DNA of 62,662 nt, counting the filler, from Limisphaerales bacterium (GTDB lineage Bacteria > Verrucomicrobiota > Verrucomicrobiia > Limisphaerales > SIBE01): NCBI GenBank assembly GCA_044225505.1. It is 3 parts of 3 records of this genome, joined end to end, with 100 filler letters (N's around TTAATTAATTAA, not from the genome) between each part and the next. Parts side by side here need not be neighbours in the genome. Positions count along the whole stretch, not along the records: positions 30,066 to 59,489 come from JBGAIN010000098.1; 2 more parts are not named here. One strand, 5' to 3'. Positions within the stretch are counted from its first letter, which is position 1. Every line of letters starts with the position of its first letter. The position numbers and the translations under genes are program-made. The notes under the pieces are model-generated. The model saw only the letters and a program-made list of their open reading frames with translations, was not told the origin of the DNA and made no database searches. Shown piece after piece: positions 40,874 to 51,872 of the stretch.

Positions 40874-41647
40874 ATGAAAGTCGTTCTATTGGCTGCTGGA
40901 TACGCGACGCGTCTCTACCCCCTGACGTTAACCGTTGCTAAACCTCTGCTCCCGGTCGCGGGAAAACCCATGATTAACTATGTGCTCGATAACCTCGCGC
41001 CAATCCGAGGTATCGACCATGTTTACGTGGTTACCAATGCGAAGTTCGCTGAACAATTCCAGACCTGGGCGAACGCGTATCGCTCCCACGGTGCTGACCT
41101 GAGATTCACGATCGTCAATGACAAGTCGACCGACGACTCCAATAAACTCGGCGCTATCGGAGATCTGCACCTCGTCCTGCAGCAACAAAACCTCCAGGAC
41201 GATATCCTCGTCGTGGCGGGAGATAATCTATTTAGCCAGAGTCTGAAGGCGTTTGGAGAAGTTTGTCAGCAACGCCGAGCGCCTGTGCTGGGAGTTTACG
41301 ATGTCGGAAGCATGGACGAAGTTAAGAAGTATAACAACATCCGCCTGGCCCAAGACGGTCGGATCATCCATTTCGAAGAAAAACCTGCCCAGCCGTCGAG
41401 CTCGCTCATTGGAATCGCGCTTTATTACTATCCAAACGCTGTTCTACCTTTGATCCGGCAGTACATTACGGAAGGCAACAATCCAGATCAGCCAGGACGA
41501 TTGGTGCAATGGCTTTACCCTCGAACCCCATTTTATACCTGGCAGGTTCCAGGGCTTTGGTTTGACATCGGTTCGATAGAGACGCTGGCCGAGGCCAATC
41601 GGATCTTTGGCGAGCTTTCCTCAACGGCGAAAAGTTCCCAATCCTGA
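40874..41647 (+). CDS. Sugar-phosphate nucleotidyltransferase
   Basis: LLAAGYATRLYPLT..AKPLLPV, AGDN, FEEKP, WFDIG. Confidence 0.9.
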   Translation: MKVVLLAAGYATRLYPLTLTVAKPLLPVAGKPMINYVLDNLAPIRGIDHVYVVTNAKFAEQFQTWANAYRSHGADLRFTIVNDKSTDDSNKLGAIGDLHLVLQQQNLQDDILVVAGDNLFSQSLKAFGEVCQQRRAPVLGVYDVGSMDEVKKYNNIRLAQDGRIIHFEEKPAQPSSSLIGIALYYYPNAVLPLIRQYITEGNNPDQPGRLVQWLYPRTPFYTWQVPGLWFDIGSIETLAEANRIFGELSSTAKSSQS

Positions 41648-41710
41648 GATTTCACCGGCTCTGCCCAAGCTGGCGCAGCGCTCACGTTTCCAGCCAGACT
41701 CGCGGCGACC

Positions 41711-43183
41711 TCAGAGAAGCTCCGCGACGCAGCGAAAGTGGTAACCGACGATCGCCAGTTCGATGGCCGCGCGGAATTGACGGGGCCGCCTTAGCAGTGT
41801 CCCGCAGAAAAAGCGCCAGTAATGCGTACGCCCACGATGCTTCAAACCGAGCAGCCAAAATGATCGGAGAAAAGCGCTAAGGTCTGCCGATGAGAGCCGC
41901 AGCTTAGGTCCCTGAGGTCGGTACTGATCCAGAAATGTTCGAATTCGCTGGTAGTACGCCTTGGGTTCGTAAAGTCGCTTCATTAGATCCCGATACCCGT
42001 TGACCAGAAATTCACGTCCCAAGGTCGGTTTAAAGTTGAGAACCGCTTCGGTATTGTTGCCCGTCGTTTCCTTTTCCAACCGGCCTTCCTTGTGCAACCT
42101 TTGGTACAGTCGCGTTTGCGGCAGAGCGGTGAGCAATCCCACCATCGCCGTAACGACCCCCGAACGTTGAATGAATTCGAACTGCCGCTTAAAAATATCC
42201 TGTTTGTCGCTGTCGAATCCGACGATGAATCCCCCCATCACTTCCAGCCCAGCCCGCTGGAGCACTTTGACCGCATCCACGAGATCACGGTTCCGGTTTT
42301 GCACCTTGCGGCACTCTTCCAAAGCCTCCAATGAGGGGGTCTCGATTCCGAGAAACACTTTCTTGAACCCGGCACGAACCATCAATTCGCAGAGTTCCAT
42401 ATCGTCCGCCAGATTTACCGAGGCTTCCGTTAGAAAGCCCACCGGAGCTTGGGTTCTCTCCCGCCATTGAATCAGCTCACGCAGGAGCGCTTTGGACCGC
42501 GATTTGTTTCCGATGAAGTTGTCGTCGACCATGAACACCATGTCTTCCCAGCCGTGTTGGCAGAGAGCATCGAGTTCGGCAATGACCTGCGCGGGCGATT
42601 TGGTTCGCGGCACGCGCCCATTGACCGCGATGATATCGCAAAACTCGCAGTCGAATGGGCAACCTCGCGAAAACTGCACGGCCATCGTGGCATAGTTCTT
42701 AAATTGGATCAGGTCCCAGCGAGGCACCGGCGCCGCCGCCATCTCTGGTCGCGAAACCGCACTGTAGACTCGCTTCAAATGTCCCGACTCCATGTCCGCT
42801 GCCAATTGTCCCATGAGTGATTCCGCTTCGCCGACGACGAACGCGGTCACTCCCGGAAAACTCTCGTGCCCCGTCGTGAAGAGCGGGCCTCCCGCGATTA
42901 CCCGCCGTCCCGCAGCGCTGCAACGCGCGATAATTTGATGCACGGCTTCCCGGTGAACAATCATGGCACTGATCATCACGTAATCCGCCCAGCGCAGATC
43001 CTCATCGCGCAATGGTTCGACATTCGCATCGATCAACTTCAATTCCCAATGCTTGGGGAGCAACGCGGCAACCGTCAGAAGTCCTAGCGGAGGAAACGCC
43101 GCCTTCTTCGCAATGAAGGGCAAAACGTGCTTAAAACTCCAAAAGGTTTCCGGAGTCTGCGGATAGACCAGCAGTATTTTCAT
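41711..43183 (-). CDS. B12-binding radical SAM protein (DUF4070 C-terminus)
   Basis: MKILLVYP..FWSF, PPLGLLTVAA, SRGCPFDCEFCDI, DDNF, GIET, GFIVGFDSD. Confidence 0.92.
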   Translation of the reverse strand: MKILLVYPQTPETFWSFKHVLPFIAKKAAFPPLGLLTVAALLPKHWELKLIDANVEPLRDEDLRWADYVMISAMIVHREAVHQIIARCSAAGRRVIAGGPLFTTGHESFPGVTAFVVGEAESLMGQLAADMESGHLKRVYSAVSRPEMAAAPVPRWDLIQFKNYATMAVQFSRGCPFDCEFCDIIAVNGRVPRTKSPAQVIAELDALCQHGWEDMVFMVDDNFIGNKSRSKALLRELIQWRERTQAPVGFLTEASVNLADDMELCELMVRAGFKKVFLGIETPSLEALEECRKVQNRNRDLVDAVKVLQRAGLEVMGGFIVGFDSDKQDIFKRQFEFIQRSGVVTAMVGLLTALPQTRLYQRLHKEGRLEKETTGNNTEAVLNFKPTLGREFLVNGYRDLMKRLYEPKAYYQRIRTFLDQYRPQGPKLRLSSADLSAFLRSFWLLGLKHRGRTHYWRFFCGTLLRRPRQFRAAIELAIVGYHFRCVAELL

Positions 43184-43238
43184 GGTTGTTCTGGGCAGGT
43201 GGAACCTTGCCCGAAGCTCCTCCGTCGACAAGGGCCTG

Positions 43239-44123
43239 TCAAGTATTGCCGGACCCCACCGTTTGGCGGAGAGCCCGCACGAACGCTGGGTTTGTCCCAC
43301 AACAACCGCCGACGAAATTCGCTCCGGCCGCCGTGAGCGCTGGAATCGACGCCGCAAACTCATCCGGGCCAGTCCGATAGACCGCGCGCCCGTCCACTAA
43401 TTCTGGCAGTCCCGCGTTCGCTTTGATCCAAATCGGACAATCGGCCGCCACCGTCCGGAGCCGGGCGCAAACCCGGATAAAACCCGTGATGCCCTGGCCG
43501 CAGTTCGCTCCGATCACGTCAGCCCCAGCCTCAATCAAACCTCGAGCGGCTTGCTCTACGGTCACTCCCATCGCCGTTCGATCCTTCTCTTTTCCAGAGT
43601 CAAACACCATGCATCCGACCACGGGAAGTCCAGTCCCGTGCGCCGCTCGGACCGCAATGGTCGCCTCGGTCAGATCGGCCATGGTTTCCACCACCAAACC
43701 GTCCGCACCCGCGGCCGCAAGGGCCTTGGCCTGTTCCTCGAACGCCTCTCGCAACTCCGTTTCGGTCGTCTCTTCCGCCACGAGAAGCTTGCCACTCGGC
43801 CCGATTGACGCGAAAACGAACGCTCGATGACCGCAGGCGCGTCGCGAGATTTCAACTCCCTGCCGATTGATCTCAACCGTTCGGCCTTCCAAGTTGTGGC
43901 CCCCCAATCGCAGCCGATTTGCACCAAACGTGTTGGTGAGGATAATCCGACTGCCGGCTGCCACATACGCTTCGGCAACCTCAGTGACTTTTTCTGGATG
44001 GAGCAAGTTCCAAATGTCGGGAAACTCGCCGACCGTCAGCCCTCGCGCTTGCAGTTCGGTACCCCAGGCACCGTCAGTGACCACACTTCCCTCACGAACG
44101 AGTTTTTGAATCAGAGGTTGCAT
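43239..44123 (-). CDS. Stand-alone homocysteine S-methyltransferase domain protein
   Basis: DGAWGTEL, TNTFGAN, SIGPSG, ETM, zinc ligands GANCG and GGCCG, NAGLP. Confidence 0.92.
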   Translation of the reverse strand: MQPLIQKLVREGSVVTDGAWGTELQARGLTVGEFPDIWNLLHPEKVTEVAEAYVAAGSRIILTNTFGANRLRLGGHNLEGRTVEINRQGVEISRRACGHRAFVFASIGPSGKLLVAEETTETELREAFEEQAKALAAAGADGLVVETMADLTEATIAVRAAHGTGLPVVGCMVFDSGKEKDRTAMGVTVEQAARGLIEAGADVIGANCGQGITGFIRVCARLRTVAADCPIWIKANAGLPELVDGRAVYRTGPDEFAASIPALTAAGANFVGGCCGTNPAFVRALRQTVGSGNT

Positions 44124-44186
44124 AGGAATAACGCGTCCGAGCGGTTTTCTTCGGCTCACCCGGGACTAATGACAGCCCTGCGGTCT

Positions 44187-44828
44187 TCAAGCGGGTCGTT
44201 GAACAGATTGCTTAGCCACAGCGACCGCTCCCACCGCATTGTCACTAAACCCGTCAGCCCCAATCTCATCAGCAAACTTTTGCGTGATGGGCGCACCGCC
44301 GACCAGGACCTTCACGCGATCTCGGACACCCGCTTCTTTCAGGGCATCAATGGTGGTTTTCATCGCTGGCATCGTCGTGGTGAGCAGTGCAGACATCGCG
44401 ATGATCGTGGCGTTTTTCTCCTTCACGGTGGCGATGAATTTCTCCGGGGCAACATTGACACCGAGATCAATGACTTCGAACCCGCCACCTTCCAGAAGGG
44501 CAGCAACGAGATTCTTGCCGATATCGTGCAGGTCGCCCTTGACCGTCCCAATCGCGACTCTTGCGACTGGCTCCGCGCCTCGGGCCGAGAGCAACGGCCG
44601 CACCAGTTCCAGAGCTGACTTCATGGCCCGGGCCGAGAGCAACAACTCGGGAACGAAATACTCATTGCATTCGAAACGACGCCCGACTTCATCCATGGCG
44701 GGAACCATGAACTCGTTGACCAACTTGAGGGGGTCGTATCCGTCGCGAAGAGCTTGTTCGGTGAGCGTGCGAACGGTGTTTGCTTCGCCGGCGATCACTG
44801 CGTCTCGGAGTGGTTGTAAGTCTCGCAT
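44187..44828 (-). CDS. Stand-alone corrinoid protein (methyltransferase cognate, MtbC-like)
   Basis: Cap domain MDEVGRRF..EYFVPELL; GTVKGDLHDIGKNLV (DxHxxG); SALLTTT; VGGAP. Confidence 0.93.
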   Translation of the reverse strand: MRDLQPLRDAVIAGEANTVRTLTEQALRDGYDPLKLVNEFMVPAMDEVGRRFECNEYFVPELLLSARAMKSALELVRPLLSARGAEPVARVAIGTVKGDLHDIGKNLVAALLEGGGFEVIDLGVNVAPEKFIATVKEKNATIIAMSALLTTTMPAMKTTIDALKEAGVRDRVKVLVGGAPITQKFADEIGADGFSDNAVGAVAVAKQSVQRPA

Positions 44829-44881
44829 AACAATTTCGGTCAGACGACAGCCCAACGCTACCGAGTTGGACGGTAGATTCG

Positions 44882-44895
44882 TTGACCTTCGTCAA
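44882..44895. promoter_or_regulatory. FNR/CRP-like palindrome TTGAC-N4-GTCAA
   Basis: TTGACCTTCGTCAA in the divergent corrinoid/hox intergenic region. Confidence 0.5.
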
Positions 44896-44906
44896 TAGAT
44901 TGCCTT

Positions 44907-44924
44907 ACCGACGATATCGTCGGT
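44907..44924. promoter_or_regulatory. Perfect 18-bp palindrome, candidate operator
   Basis: ACCGACGATATCGTCGGT is its own reverse complement. Confidence 0.45.
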
Positions 44925-45034
44925 GCCTCGAGGTTAACAGCCGCACCAGTGACAAGAGAAGTGTACAATTTGCCAAGATCTGTGGAGCGGAAAGCATTTC
45001 AGGGCGATAGTCTCCGCGTTCAAGCAGGACGGCG

Positions 45035-45559
45035 ATGAGACAATTACTACGAAAACCCGTCGCGCGGTCGGAGGTGTCGCACCCTAGCGGCGACAAGCGA
45101 TTCAAGATTCTGGAGACCCACATGAAGCGGCATCAGCACAAAGGCGATGCGCTCATCGAGGTGCTCCACAAAGCCCAGGAACTTTTTGGCTACCTTGAAC
45201 CCGGCTTGCTCCACTATATCGCCCATAGCTTGATGCTGCCTCCCAGCCGCGTCTACGGAGTGGCCACGTTCTATCATTTCTTCACGCTCAAGCCCAAAGG
45301 TGCGCACACGTGCGTCGTTTGCATGGGGACCGCGTGCTACGTCAAAGGAGCCGACAAACTGATGGCGGCAATTCAGGAGCACGCCAAAATCCAGCCTGGT
45401 CAGACCACCCCAGACAACCAACTTTCCTTACTCACCGCCCGCTGCATTGGGGCTTGTGGGATTGCGCCCGCAGTCGTTTACGATAATACCGTCACCCCGC
45501 GACAGACCCCGCAGTCCGTGCTGGACCAGATCCGACAATGGATTCCCCATGGATCTTAA
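45035..45559 (+). CDS. hoxE: Bidirectional hydrogenase diaphorase subunit HoxE
   Basis: [51 protein letters not shown]. Confidence 0.95.
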   Translation: MRQLLRKPVARSEVSHPSGDKRFKILETHMKRHQHKGDALIEVLHKAQELFGYLEPGLLHYIAHSLMLPPSRVYGVATFYHFFTLKPKGAHTCVVCMGTACYVKGADKLMAAIQEHAKIQPGQTTPDNQLSLLTARCIGACGIAPAVVYDNTVTPRQTPQSVLDQIRQWIPHGS

Positions 45560-47213
45560 CGACCTAGTTCAAATCCGGGAAAAGGAACGCGCTGGTCAGA
45601 AGCCATTCACCCTGCGCTGCTGCATGGCTGCGGGGTGCATGTCGTCCGGTTCGCAACGCATCAAAACCGCGCTGGAGAAAGCAGTGCACGACGCGGGAGT
45701 CTCGGATCGTGTCGAAATTCGCACCGTAGGTTGCCTCAAGCTTTGCTGCCAGGGCCCATTAGTGCAAGCGGATCCAGCCGGAACGATGTTTGAGAAAGTG
45801 ACGCCGGCAGATGCGCCCTTGATTGTATCTGCCCTGCACGGGGAGGCGAGTCACTTGCAACTGGCTGATCCTGAAGATCCATTCTTTACCAAACAATTCT
45901 CCGTAGTCCTGGCGAACAGTGGCCAAGTGGATCCGGAACGTATCGAATCCTACATCGCGGCGGATGGCTATCAGGCGCTGTATAACGCGCTGCAAGAGAT
46001 GACGCCGCGAGACTTGGTCGATGCCATGGTTCAAAGCGGGCTGCGCGGGCGCGGAGGTGCGGGCTACCCCACGGGACTTAAATGGGGAACCGTAGCCAAG
46101 TCGACAGCGAGCAAGAAGTATGTGATCTGCAATGCGGACGAAGGAGATCCTGGCGCATTCATGGATCGCTCGGTCTTGGAAAGTGATCCGCACAGTGTCC
46201 TGGAAGGGATGGCCATTGCCGGGTTTGCGGTCGGGGCCGACCAAGGTTTCATCTATGTCCGTGCGGAGTATCCGCTCGCGATCAGCCGGTTGCAGAATGC
46301 CATTCGCCAGGCTAAGCAACTGGGAGTCCTGGGCAGCAGCATTTTTGAATCTCCGTTCAATTTCAATATTGATATTCGAATTGGCGCAGGCGCTTTTGTC
46401 TGCGGTGAAGAAACGGCGCTCATGGCCTCCGTCGAAGGCCGGCGCGGCACCCCACGCCCTCGTCCCCCTTTCCCAGCTGAGTCCGGGCTTTGGGGATGCC
46501 CCACTTTGATCAACAACGTAGAAACGTTCGCTAACGTTCCCGCTATCCTCCGTAAAGGCGCGGCTTGGTTTGCCAGCATCGGAACGGAGAAGAGCAAAGG
46601 GACAAAGGTTTTTGCTTTGGCCGGCAAGATCAAGAATACAGGACTGATCGAGGTCCCGATGGGCACTAGCCTCCGGACCATCGTCTATGAAATGGGCGGA
46701 GGTGCACCGGACGGTGGATCGATTAAGGCAGTGCAGACCGGCGGCCCTTCCGGGGGATGTATTCCAGCCAACGCTCTTGATACTCCTGTCGATTACGAAT
46801 CCTTGACGAAGCTCGGCTCCATTATGGGCTCCGGCGGCATGATCGTGATGGATGATTCGACTCAGATGGTCGAAATCGCACGCTTTTTCATGGAATTCTG
46901 CACGGACGAGTCTTGTGGCAAATGCATTCCTTGCCGAGCGGGAACGGTGCAGATGTTCCGTTTGCTCACCAAGATCGTCGAACGCAAAGCCACTCTCCGC
47001 GATTTGCAGCGCCTCGAAGAGCTCTGCGATATGGTAAAGAGCACGAGCTTGTGCGGGCTCGGTCAAACTGCCCCCAATCCAGTCCTCAGCACGTTGCGCT
47101 TCTTCCGTAATGAGTATCTCGAACTCCTGCGCGCCGCAACGCCCGTCAGCCTTGGGACAGGGTCTGGGGTCACTCCCAGGAATGGAGCGGGTACAAGCTC
47201 AAACGGTCACTAA
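45549..47213 (+). CDS. hoxF: Bidirectional hydrogenase diaphorase subunit HoxF
   Basis: N-terminal 2Fe-2[64 protein letters not shown]. Confidence 0.95.
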   Translation: MDLNDLVQIREKERAGQKPFTLRCCMAAGCMSSGSQRIKTALEKAVHDAGVSDRVEIRTVGCLKLCCQGPLVQADPAGTMFEKVTPADAPLIVSALHGEASHLQLADPEDPFFTKQFSVVLANSGQVDPERIESYIAADGYQALYNALQEMTPRDLVDAMVQSGLRGRGGAGYPTGLKWGTVAKSTASKKYVICNADEGDPGAFMDRSVLESDPHSVLEGMAIAGFAVGADQGFIYVRAEYPLAISRLQNAIRQAKQLGVLGSSIFESPFNFNIDIRIGAGAFVCGEETALMASVEGRRGTPRPRPPFPAESGLWGCPTLINNVETFANVPAILRKGAAWFASIGTEKSKGTKVFALAGKIKNTGLIEVPMGTSLRTIVYEMGGGAPDGGSIKAVQTGGPSGGCIPANALDTPVDYESLTKLGSIMGSGGMIVMDDSTQMVEIARFFMEFCTDESCGKCIPCRAGTVQMFRLLTKIVERKATLRDLQRLEELCDMVKSTSLCGLGQTAPNPVLSTLRFFRNEYLELLRAATPVSLGTGSGVTPRNGAGTSSNGH

Positions 47214-47221
47214 CAGAGGTT

Positions 47222-47938
47222 ATGGCAGTAAAAACCCTGACTATCGATGGCAAGCAAGTAAGTGCTGAAGAAGGTGAAACCTTGCTGAACGCCGCCACCG
47301 ACGCCGGGATTACCATCCCCACTCTCTGTCATTTGGAAGGGGTCTACGATCTGGGCGCGTGCCGTCTGTGTTTGGTGGAAGTGGCGGGCACAAACAAGCT
47401 GTTGCCCGCCTGCACCACCAGAGTCTCCGAGGGTATGGAGATCAGAACATCCACCGAGCGCCTGCAGAAGTATCGACGGATGACGCTCGAATTGCTGTTC
47501 GCGGAGCGAAACCATGTCTGTGCGGTCTGTGTCTCCAACGGCCATTGCGAGTTACAAACGTTGGCCTACGACCAAGGCATGGATCACGTGCGCTTTGAAT
47601 ACCGTTTTCCACCTGGTGACGTCGATATCAGTCACCCACTCTTTGGAATGGATCATCACCGATGCATCCTCTGCGCGCGCTGCGTCCGTGTTTGCTGGCA
47701 TATTGAAGGTGCCGGAACCAAGAACGTTGCCGGACGGGGGTCGCTCTCGCATATCATTACGGATCTTGCGGAACCCTGGGGAACCTCTGCGACTTGCACC
47801 TCCTGCGGCAAATGTGTGCAAGCCTGTCCCACCGGGGCCTTGTTCCATCGGGGCATCACGGTGTCAGAAATGGAACGTGATCGGACGCGCCTGGAATTCA
47901 TCGTTAACGCACGGGAGAAAAAGCAATGGAACGTCTGA
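47222..47938 (+). CDS. hoxU: Bidirectional hydrogenase subunit HoxU
   Basis: [47 protein letters not shown]. Confidence 0.95.
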   Translation: MAVKTLTIDGKQVSAEEGETLLNAATDAGITIPTLCHLEGVYDLGACRLCLVEVAGTNKLLPACTTRVSEGMEIRTSTERLQKYRRMTLELLFAERNHVCAVCVSNGHCELQTLAYDQGMDHVRFEYRFPPGDVDISHPLFGMDHHRCILCARCVRVCWHIEGAGTKNVAGRGSLSHIITDLAEPWGTSATCTSCGKCVQACPTGALFHRGITVSEMERDRTRLEFIVNAREKKQWNV

Positions 47939-48474
47939 GACTTGCGACCACATGGCTTGGAGGCTGCGCTGGCTGCCACATGTCGTTCCTGGATTTGGAT
48001 GAACTGCTCATCGATTTGATGCATCAAGTGGAAGTCGTTTACAGCCCTGTGATCGATATCAAAGAGTATCCGCAGAATGTCGATCTTGTGCTGATCGAAG
48101 GAGCAGTCTGCAACGAGGATCATGTCACCCTGGCACGAACCATTCGCGCCCAAACCAAGTGGGTGGTGGCATTTGGAGACTGTGCGACCACGGGTAATGT
48201 CCCAGCCATGCGCAATCCGTTGGGACTATCCAATGCCGAGAATGTGCTTCAACGCGCCTACGTGGAAGCGGCACAATTAAACCCGGGGTTTCCCAAAGAG
48301 GATGGCATCGTTCCCCCCTTGTTGGAGCGTGTTTGCCCTCTGCACGAACTCATCGACGTCGATTACTATCTGCCCGGATGTCCTCCCTCAGCGCCCAGGA
48401 TCAGGGTATTCCTCGAAAAGCTTTTGGCGGGTGAAACGCCTCAACTCAGCGGTCAGGCGATCAAGTTTGGCTAA
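47926..48474 (+). CDS. hoxY: NiFe hydrogenase small subunit HoxY
   Basis: [31 protein letters not shown]. Confidence 0.95.
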   Translation: MERLRLATTWLGGCAGCHMSFLDLDELLIDLMHQVEVVYSPVIDIKEYPQNVDLVLIEGAVCNEDHVTLARTIRAQTKWVVAFGDCATTGNVPAMRNPLGLSNAENVLQRAYVEAAQLNPGFPKEDGIVPPLLERVCPLHELIDVDYYLPGCPPSAPRIRVFLEKLLAGETPQLSGQAIKFG

Positions 48475-48524
48475 ACACCAATGCATGCCCCGTTTCAAGA
48501 AACGCGCAACACCCCTCGCAAGGT

Positions 48525-49949
48525 ATGGCACAGCGCATAATCATCGATCCGGTGACCCGCATTGAGGGCCACGCCAAAATCACCATTCATCTCGATGAAA
48601 CGGGCCAAGTGACCGATGCTCTCTTTCACGTGGTTGAATTCAGAGGGTTCGAACGGTTTTGCGAGGGACGTCCCATGTCCGAAATGGCCGGCATCACCCC
48701 TCGTATCTGCGGCATTTGCCCCGTTAGCCATTTGCTCGCGTCGGCCAAAGCGGGTGACGCCATCATGGCGGTGGCGATCCCTCCCGCGGCAGAGAAGCTC
48801 CGTCGCTTGATGAACCTCGGGCAGCTTGTTCAGTCTCACGCGCTCAGCTTTTTCCACTTGAGCGCCCCCGACTTTCTCCTCGGTTGGGATACTCCCCCGG
48901 AACGAAGAAACATTTTTGGCATTATCGAAGCCGATCCCGAACTCGCACGGGCAGGCATTCGTCTCCGGCAGTTCGGCCAGGAGATCATTGAACTTCTCGG
49001 GGGTAAAAAGATACACCCAGCCTGGGCCGTGCCCGGAGGCGTTCGGAGCGCGCTCAGCGAGGCTGGCCACACCCAGATTCGGTCCAAGTTGCCCGAGGCG
49101 TTCAAAACCACCCGCGTGGCCATCGATCTATTCAAGAAAATCCTCAGAACGCACGAGAAGGAAACCCAGATTTTCGGCAACTTCCCTTCCCTATTTATGG
49201 GATTGGTCGACAGCGACGGCAATTGGGAGCATCACGGGGGCAACTTGCGTTTCGTCGATAGCAGCGGCAGCGTGATCGCCGATCAAATCCCGCCTCAGGA
49301 GTACGACAACTATATTGGCGAAGCCGTCCAGACTTCGTCTTATCTCAAGTCTCCTTACTACAAACCCCTGGGTTATCCGGACGGCATGTATCGCGTGGGC
49401 CCTTTGGCGCGACTCAACGTCGCCGAACGGATGGGAACCCCTTTGGCCGACCAGGAATTCAGACAATTCCGGAGTCTGGGCCGCGGCGCGGTGACGTCGT
49501 CGTTCCTTTATCATTACGCCCGCCTCATCGAAATCCTGGCGTCTTTGGAGTTTATCGAGCGACTGATGGAGGACCCGGATCTTTTCTCGGACGATCTGCG
49601 AGCCGACGCGGGCATCAACAAACTGCGGGGTGTAGGAGCAAGTGAAGCTCCACGAGGCACGCTGTTTCACGATTACACCGTCGACCGAAACGGCCTCATT
49701 AAAAAAGTCAACCTGGCCATTGCCACCGGCCAGAACAACCTCGCCATGAATCAAACCGTGGCACAGATCGCCCGCCATTACATTCGTAACCAACATGTCA
49801 CCGAGACGTTCCTCAATCGCGTCGAAGCTGGCATTCGCTGCTTTGATCCGTGCTTGAGTTGCTCGACGCATGCTGCTGGCCAAATGCCATTCCAAGTCAC
49901 GCTCCTGGATGCCCGGGGCGAACTTCTGGAAGAGGTCACCCGCGATTGA
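48525..49949 (+). CDS. hoxH: NiFe hydrogenase large subunit HoxH (group 3d)
   Basis: [10 protein letters not shown]1 [16 protein letters not shown]2 DPCLSCSTH followed by a cleavable C-terminal extension. Confidence 0.96.
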   Translation: MAQRIIIDPVTRIEGHAKITIHLDETGQVTDALFHVVEFRGFERFCEGRPMSEMAGITPRICGICPVSHLLASAKAGDAIMAVAIPPAAEKLRRLMNLGQLVQSHALSFFHLSAPDFLLGWDTPPERRNIFGIIEADPELARAGIRLRQFGQEIIELLGGKKIHPAWAVPGGVRSALSEAGHTQIRSKLPEAFKTTRVAIDLFKKILRTHEKETQIFGNFPSLFMGLVDSDGNWEHHGGNLRFVDSSGSVIADQIPPQEYDNYIGEAVQTSSYLKSPYYKPLGYPDGMYRVGPLARLNVAERMGTPLADQEFRQFRSLGRGAVTSSFLYHYARLIEILASLEFIERLMEDPDLFSDDLRADAGINKLRGVGASEAPRGTLFHDYTVDRNGLIKKVNLAIATGQNNLAMNQTVAQIARHYIRNQHVTETFLNRVEAGIRCFDPCLSCSTHAAGQMPFQVTLLDARGELLEEVTRD

Positions 49950-50043
49950 GAAAACACCGCCACGCCGCGCTGTCCCAGTCCATCATTCCAGGCAGAACCC
50001 CACCACCATCGGTCGGCAAAGCGGAAACCCGACGCTTCCCCTT

Positions 50044-50556
50044 GTGAACGGTCGCAGCGAGAATTCCCAATATCCACGCAGCGCGTCTTCCGAAAAGCCG
50101 CGTCTCCTCGTCGTCGCCTACGGGAATGAACTTCGGTCCGACGACGGCCTTGGACCTCAACTCGGACGCGCCATCGAAGCCCGCCGACTTCCTGGGGTTG
50201 TCGTGATCGCAACGCATCAACTCATGCCCGAACTCGCGGAACAGATCAGCACCGCCCAGGAAGTGCTTTTTATTGACGCCCGCGCCGTCGGATCGGATCC
50301 CATCCAACTTACCAAGCTCAGCCCGCAGGATTCCCAAGGTCCGATTCGAGCGCATGGCAGCCAGCCTGCCGTGCTGCTCCGACTCGCGCAGGCGATCTTC
50401 GGTCGCTCTCCTCCCGCTTGGTGTTTGACCCTGCGCGGAATTGACTTTGGTTTTGGCGAAACCACGAGCAGCGTGGGGGCACAAGCGCTGCACGCCGGTT
50501 TGGAGATCTTCCTCGACTATTGGGGCAGCCGCCCCCAAACCTTGCCGGCGTCCTGA
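50044..50556 (+). CDS. hoxW: Hydrogenase maturation protease; start uncertain
   Basis: VVAYGNELRSDDGLG, HQLMPELAE, FIDA, AH, FGFGE; lies directly after hoxH. Confidence 0.88.
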   Translation: MNGRSENSQYPRSASSEKPRLLVVAYGNELRSDDGLGPQLGRAIEARRLPGVVVIATHQLMPELAEQISTAQEVLFIDARAVGSDPIQLTKLSPQDSQGPIRAHGSQPAVLLRLAQAIFGRSPPAWCLTLRGIDFGFGETTSSVGAQALHAGLEIFLDYWGSRPQTLPAS

Positions 50557-50726
50557 CCGGCATACCCCAGCCCTAAAACCGACGCCCGAGAAACAGCTCG
50601 CGCCCCGTCCAAACCGGGTCGGCACGTCGCCCGCCGGCCTCTTAAACCACCGCCGTTTCTCCTTGTCTGATACCCACGCACCATTACTCTGGAAACGGTC
50701 CTAACAACGCCTGTTCCTATAATCCA

Positions 50727-51332
50727 ATGAAACAACTGCTGATAGTATTTTGCTTGGCCGCGTTCATCAGCCCAGTCCTTCGCGCGCAAAGCTTAACTTC
50801 GTCCGAGATCAAGAAAGCCGTCCAGTACTTGGAAAAAACTCGTGCCGACGTGCTGGCGTCGACCAAAGGGCTTTCCGATGCTCAGTGGAATTTCAAGCAA
50901 GCGACCAATCGCTGGTCCGTGGCTCAGGTGACCGAGCATATCGCGGCCGCGGAAGACTTCCTGATGGACTTGGTTCGGCAGCAAGTGATGAAAGCGCCCG
51001 CCCGCACCAACACGATTGACGTCGCGGCGCTCGACGAATGGGTGCTAACAACAATCCCTGACCGCAGTAAGAAAGTGCAAGCACCCGAACCGCTGCAACC
51101 GAGCAATCGCTTCGGCTCGTCCAAAGACAGTCTGAAGCATTTCCAAGCCAGCCGCGCCAAAACCATCGCGTTCCTCAAAGAAACGAAGGACTTGCGCCAG
51201 CACGCGGTTGATAGCCCACTCGGCAAACAACTGGACGGCTATCAGTGGGTGCTCCTCGTCGCGGCGCACAGTGAGCGCCACACCAAACAGATCAACGAGG
51301 TGAAGGCGGACCCCAACTTTCCCAAGAAATAA
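50727..51332 (+). CDS. Secreted DinB-family protein
   Basis: Signal peptide; GLSDAQWNFK, WSVAQVTEHI, AHSERHTKQI. Confidence 0.88.
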   Translation: MKQLLIVFCLAAFISPVLRAQSLTSSEIKKAVQYLEKTRADVLASTKGLSDAQWNFKQATNRWSVAQVTEHIAAAEDFLMDLVRQQVMKAPARTNTIDVAALDEWVLTTIPDRSKKVQAPEPLQPSNRFGSSKDSLKHFQASRAKTIAFLKETKDLRQHAVDSPLGKQLDGYQWVLLVAAHSERHTKQINEVKADPNFPKK

Positions 51333-51500
51333 CACTCGGGGCCACGGCCGATCAGTAGCCGGGCTTTCTCACAAGGCCGACCTTTTGGGGAACCCGGCGT
51401 GGCTCCCCCATTCTGCCGCTGCCACTCCTGAGGACGCCGCTCAGGGTATTAGGCTGCAGCCGAAGACCTCAAGCAGTCTTCGGCGCGCCACTGATCACGG

Positions 51501-51872
51501 TTAATTCGTGATATCGAACGTGGTGCTCTCGTCGCGGATGGGCAAGTAGGTCTGATACCACTCCTTTTGCGCTGGACTGTCCGCGTACGCTTTCAAGGCC
51601 GCTTCGTCGGCAAACTCCATCACGAACGCGTGGGTCTTGTCACCCTGAACTTTGATCGACTTTACCCAAACGCGGGTGATTCCTTTGTATTTCGTAGGCA
51701 ACGCCACCACGCCAGCAAGCGCCGCCTTGATCTGCTCGGGCTTCGCATCGCTCTTGAACTTCACCGTAACAACGTGAATGACGGATTTAGGCGTTGTTGT
51801 CTGCGCTGACACTGTTGCCGCCGCGAAGCTCAACAAGCCAACGGTCAATAAGGTCGTAATTAGTTTTTTCAT
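51501..51872 (-). CDS. Secreted Dabb (stress-responsive A/B barrel) protein
   Basis: Signal peptide; VIHVVTVKFK, THAFVMEFADEAALKAY. Confidence 0.82.
   Translation of the reverse strand: MKKLITTLLTVGLLSFAAATVSAQTTTPKSVIHVVTVKFKSDAKPEQIKAALAGVVALPTKYKGITRVWVKSIKVQGDKTHAFVMEFADEAALKAYADSPAQKEWYQTYLPIRDESTTFDITN

Noticed and set aside
44829..45034. Cobalamin or SAM riboswitch before the corrinoid operon
   Set aside because: The short divergent region has no recognisable B12-box or S-box core.
45759..47066. 435-aa antisense ORF, and similar ones such as 43827-44618, 14343-15065, 38024-38746, 49191-49895
   Set aside because: Shadow ORFs opposite well-supported genes, expected in GC-rich DNA, with no motifs.
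45035..47938. Complex I nuoEFG or a FeFe hydrogenase
   Set aside because: HoxU is short, lacks H-cluster and molybdopterin-like domains, and is followed by NiFe hoxY, hoxH and a protease.
949..50556. Functional linkage of rex with the hox operon
   Set aside because: They lie on different contigs, and I saw no TTGTGAA-N4-TTCACAA Rex box upstream of hoxE.
51335..51410. Imperfect GC hairpin between the convergent DinB and Dabb genes as an ncRNA
   Set aside because: Adequately explained as a terminator-like or chance stem; no other support.
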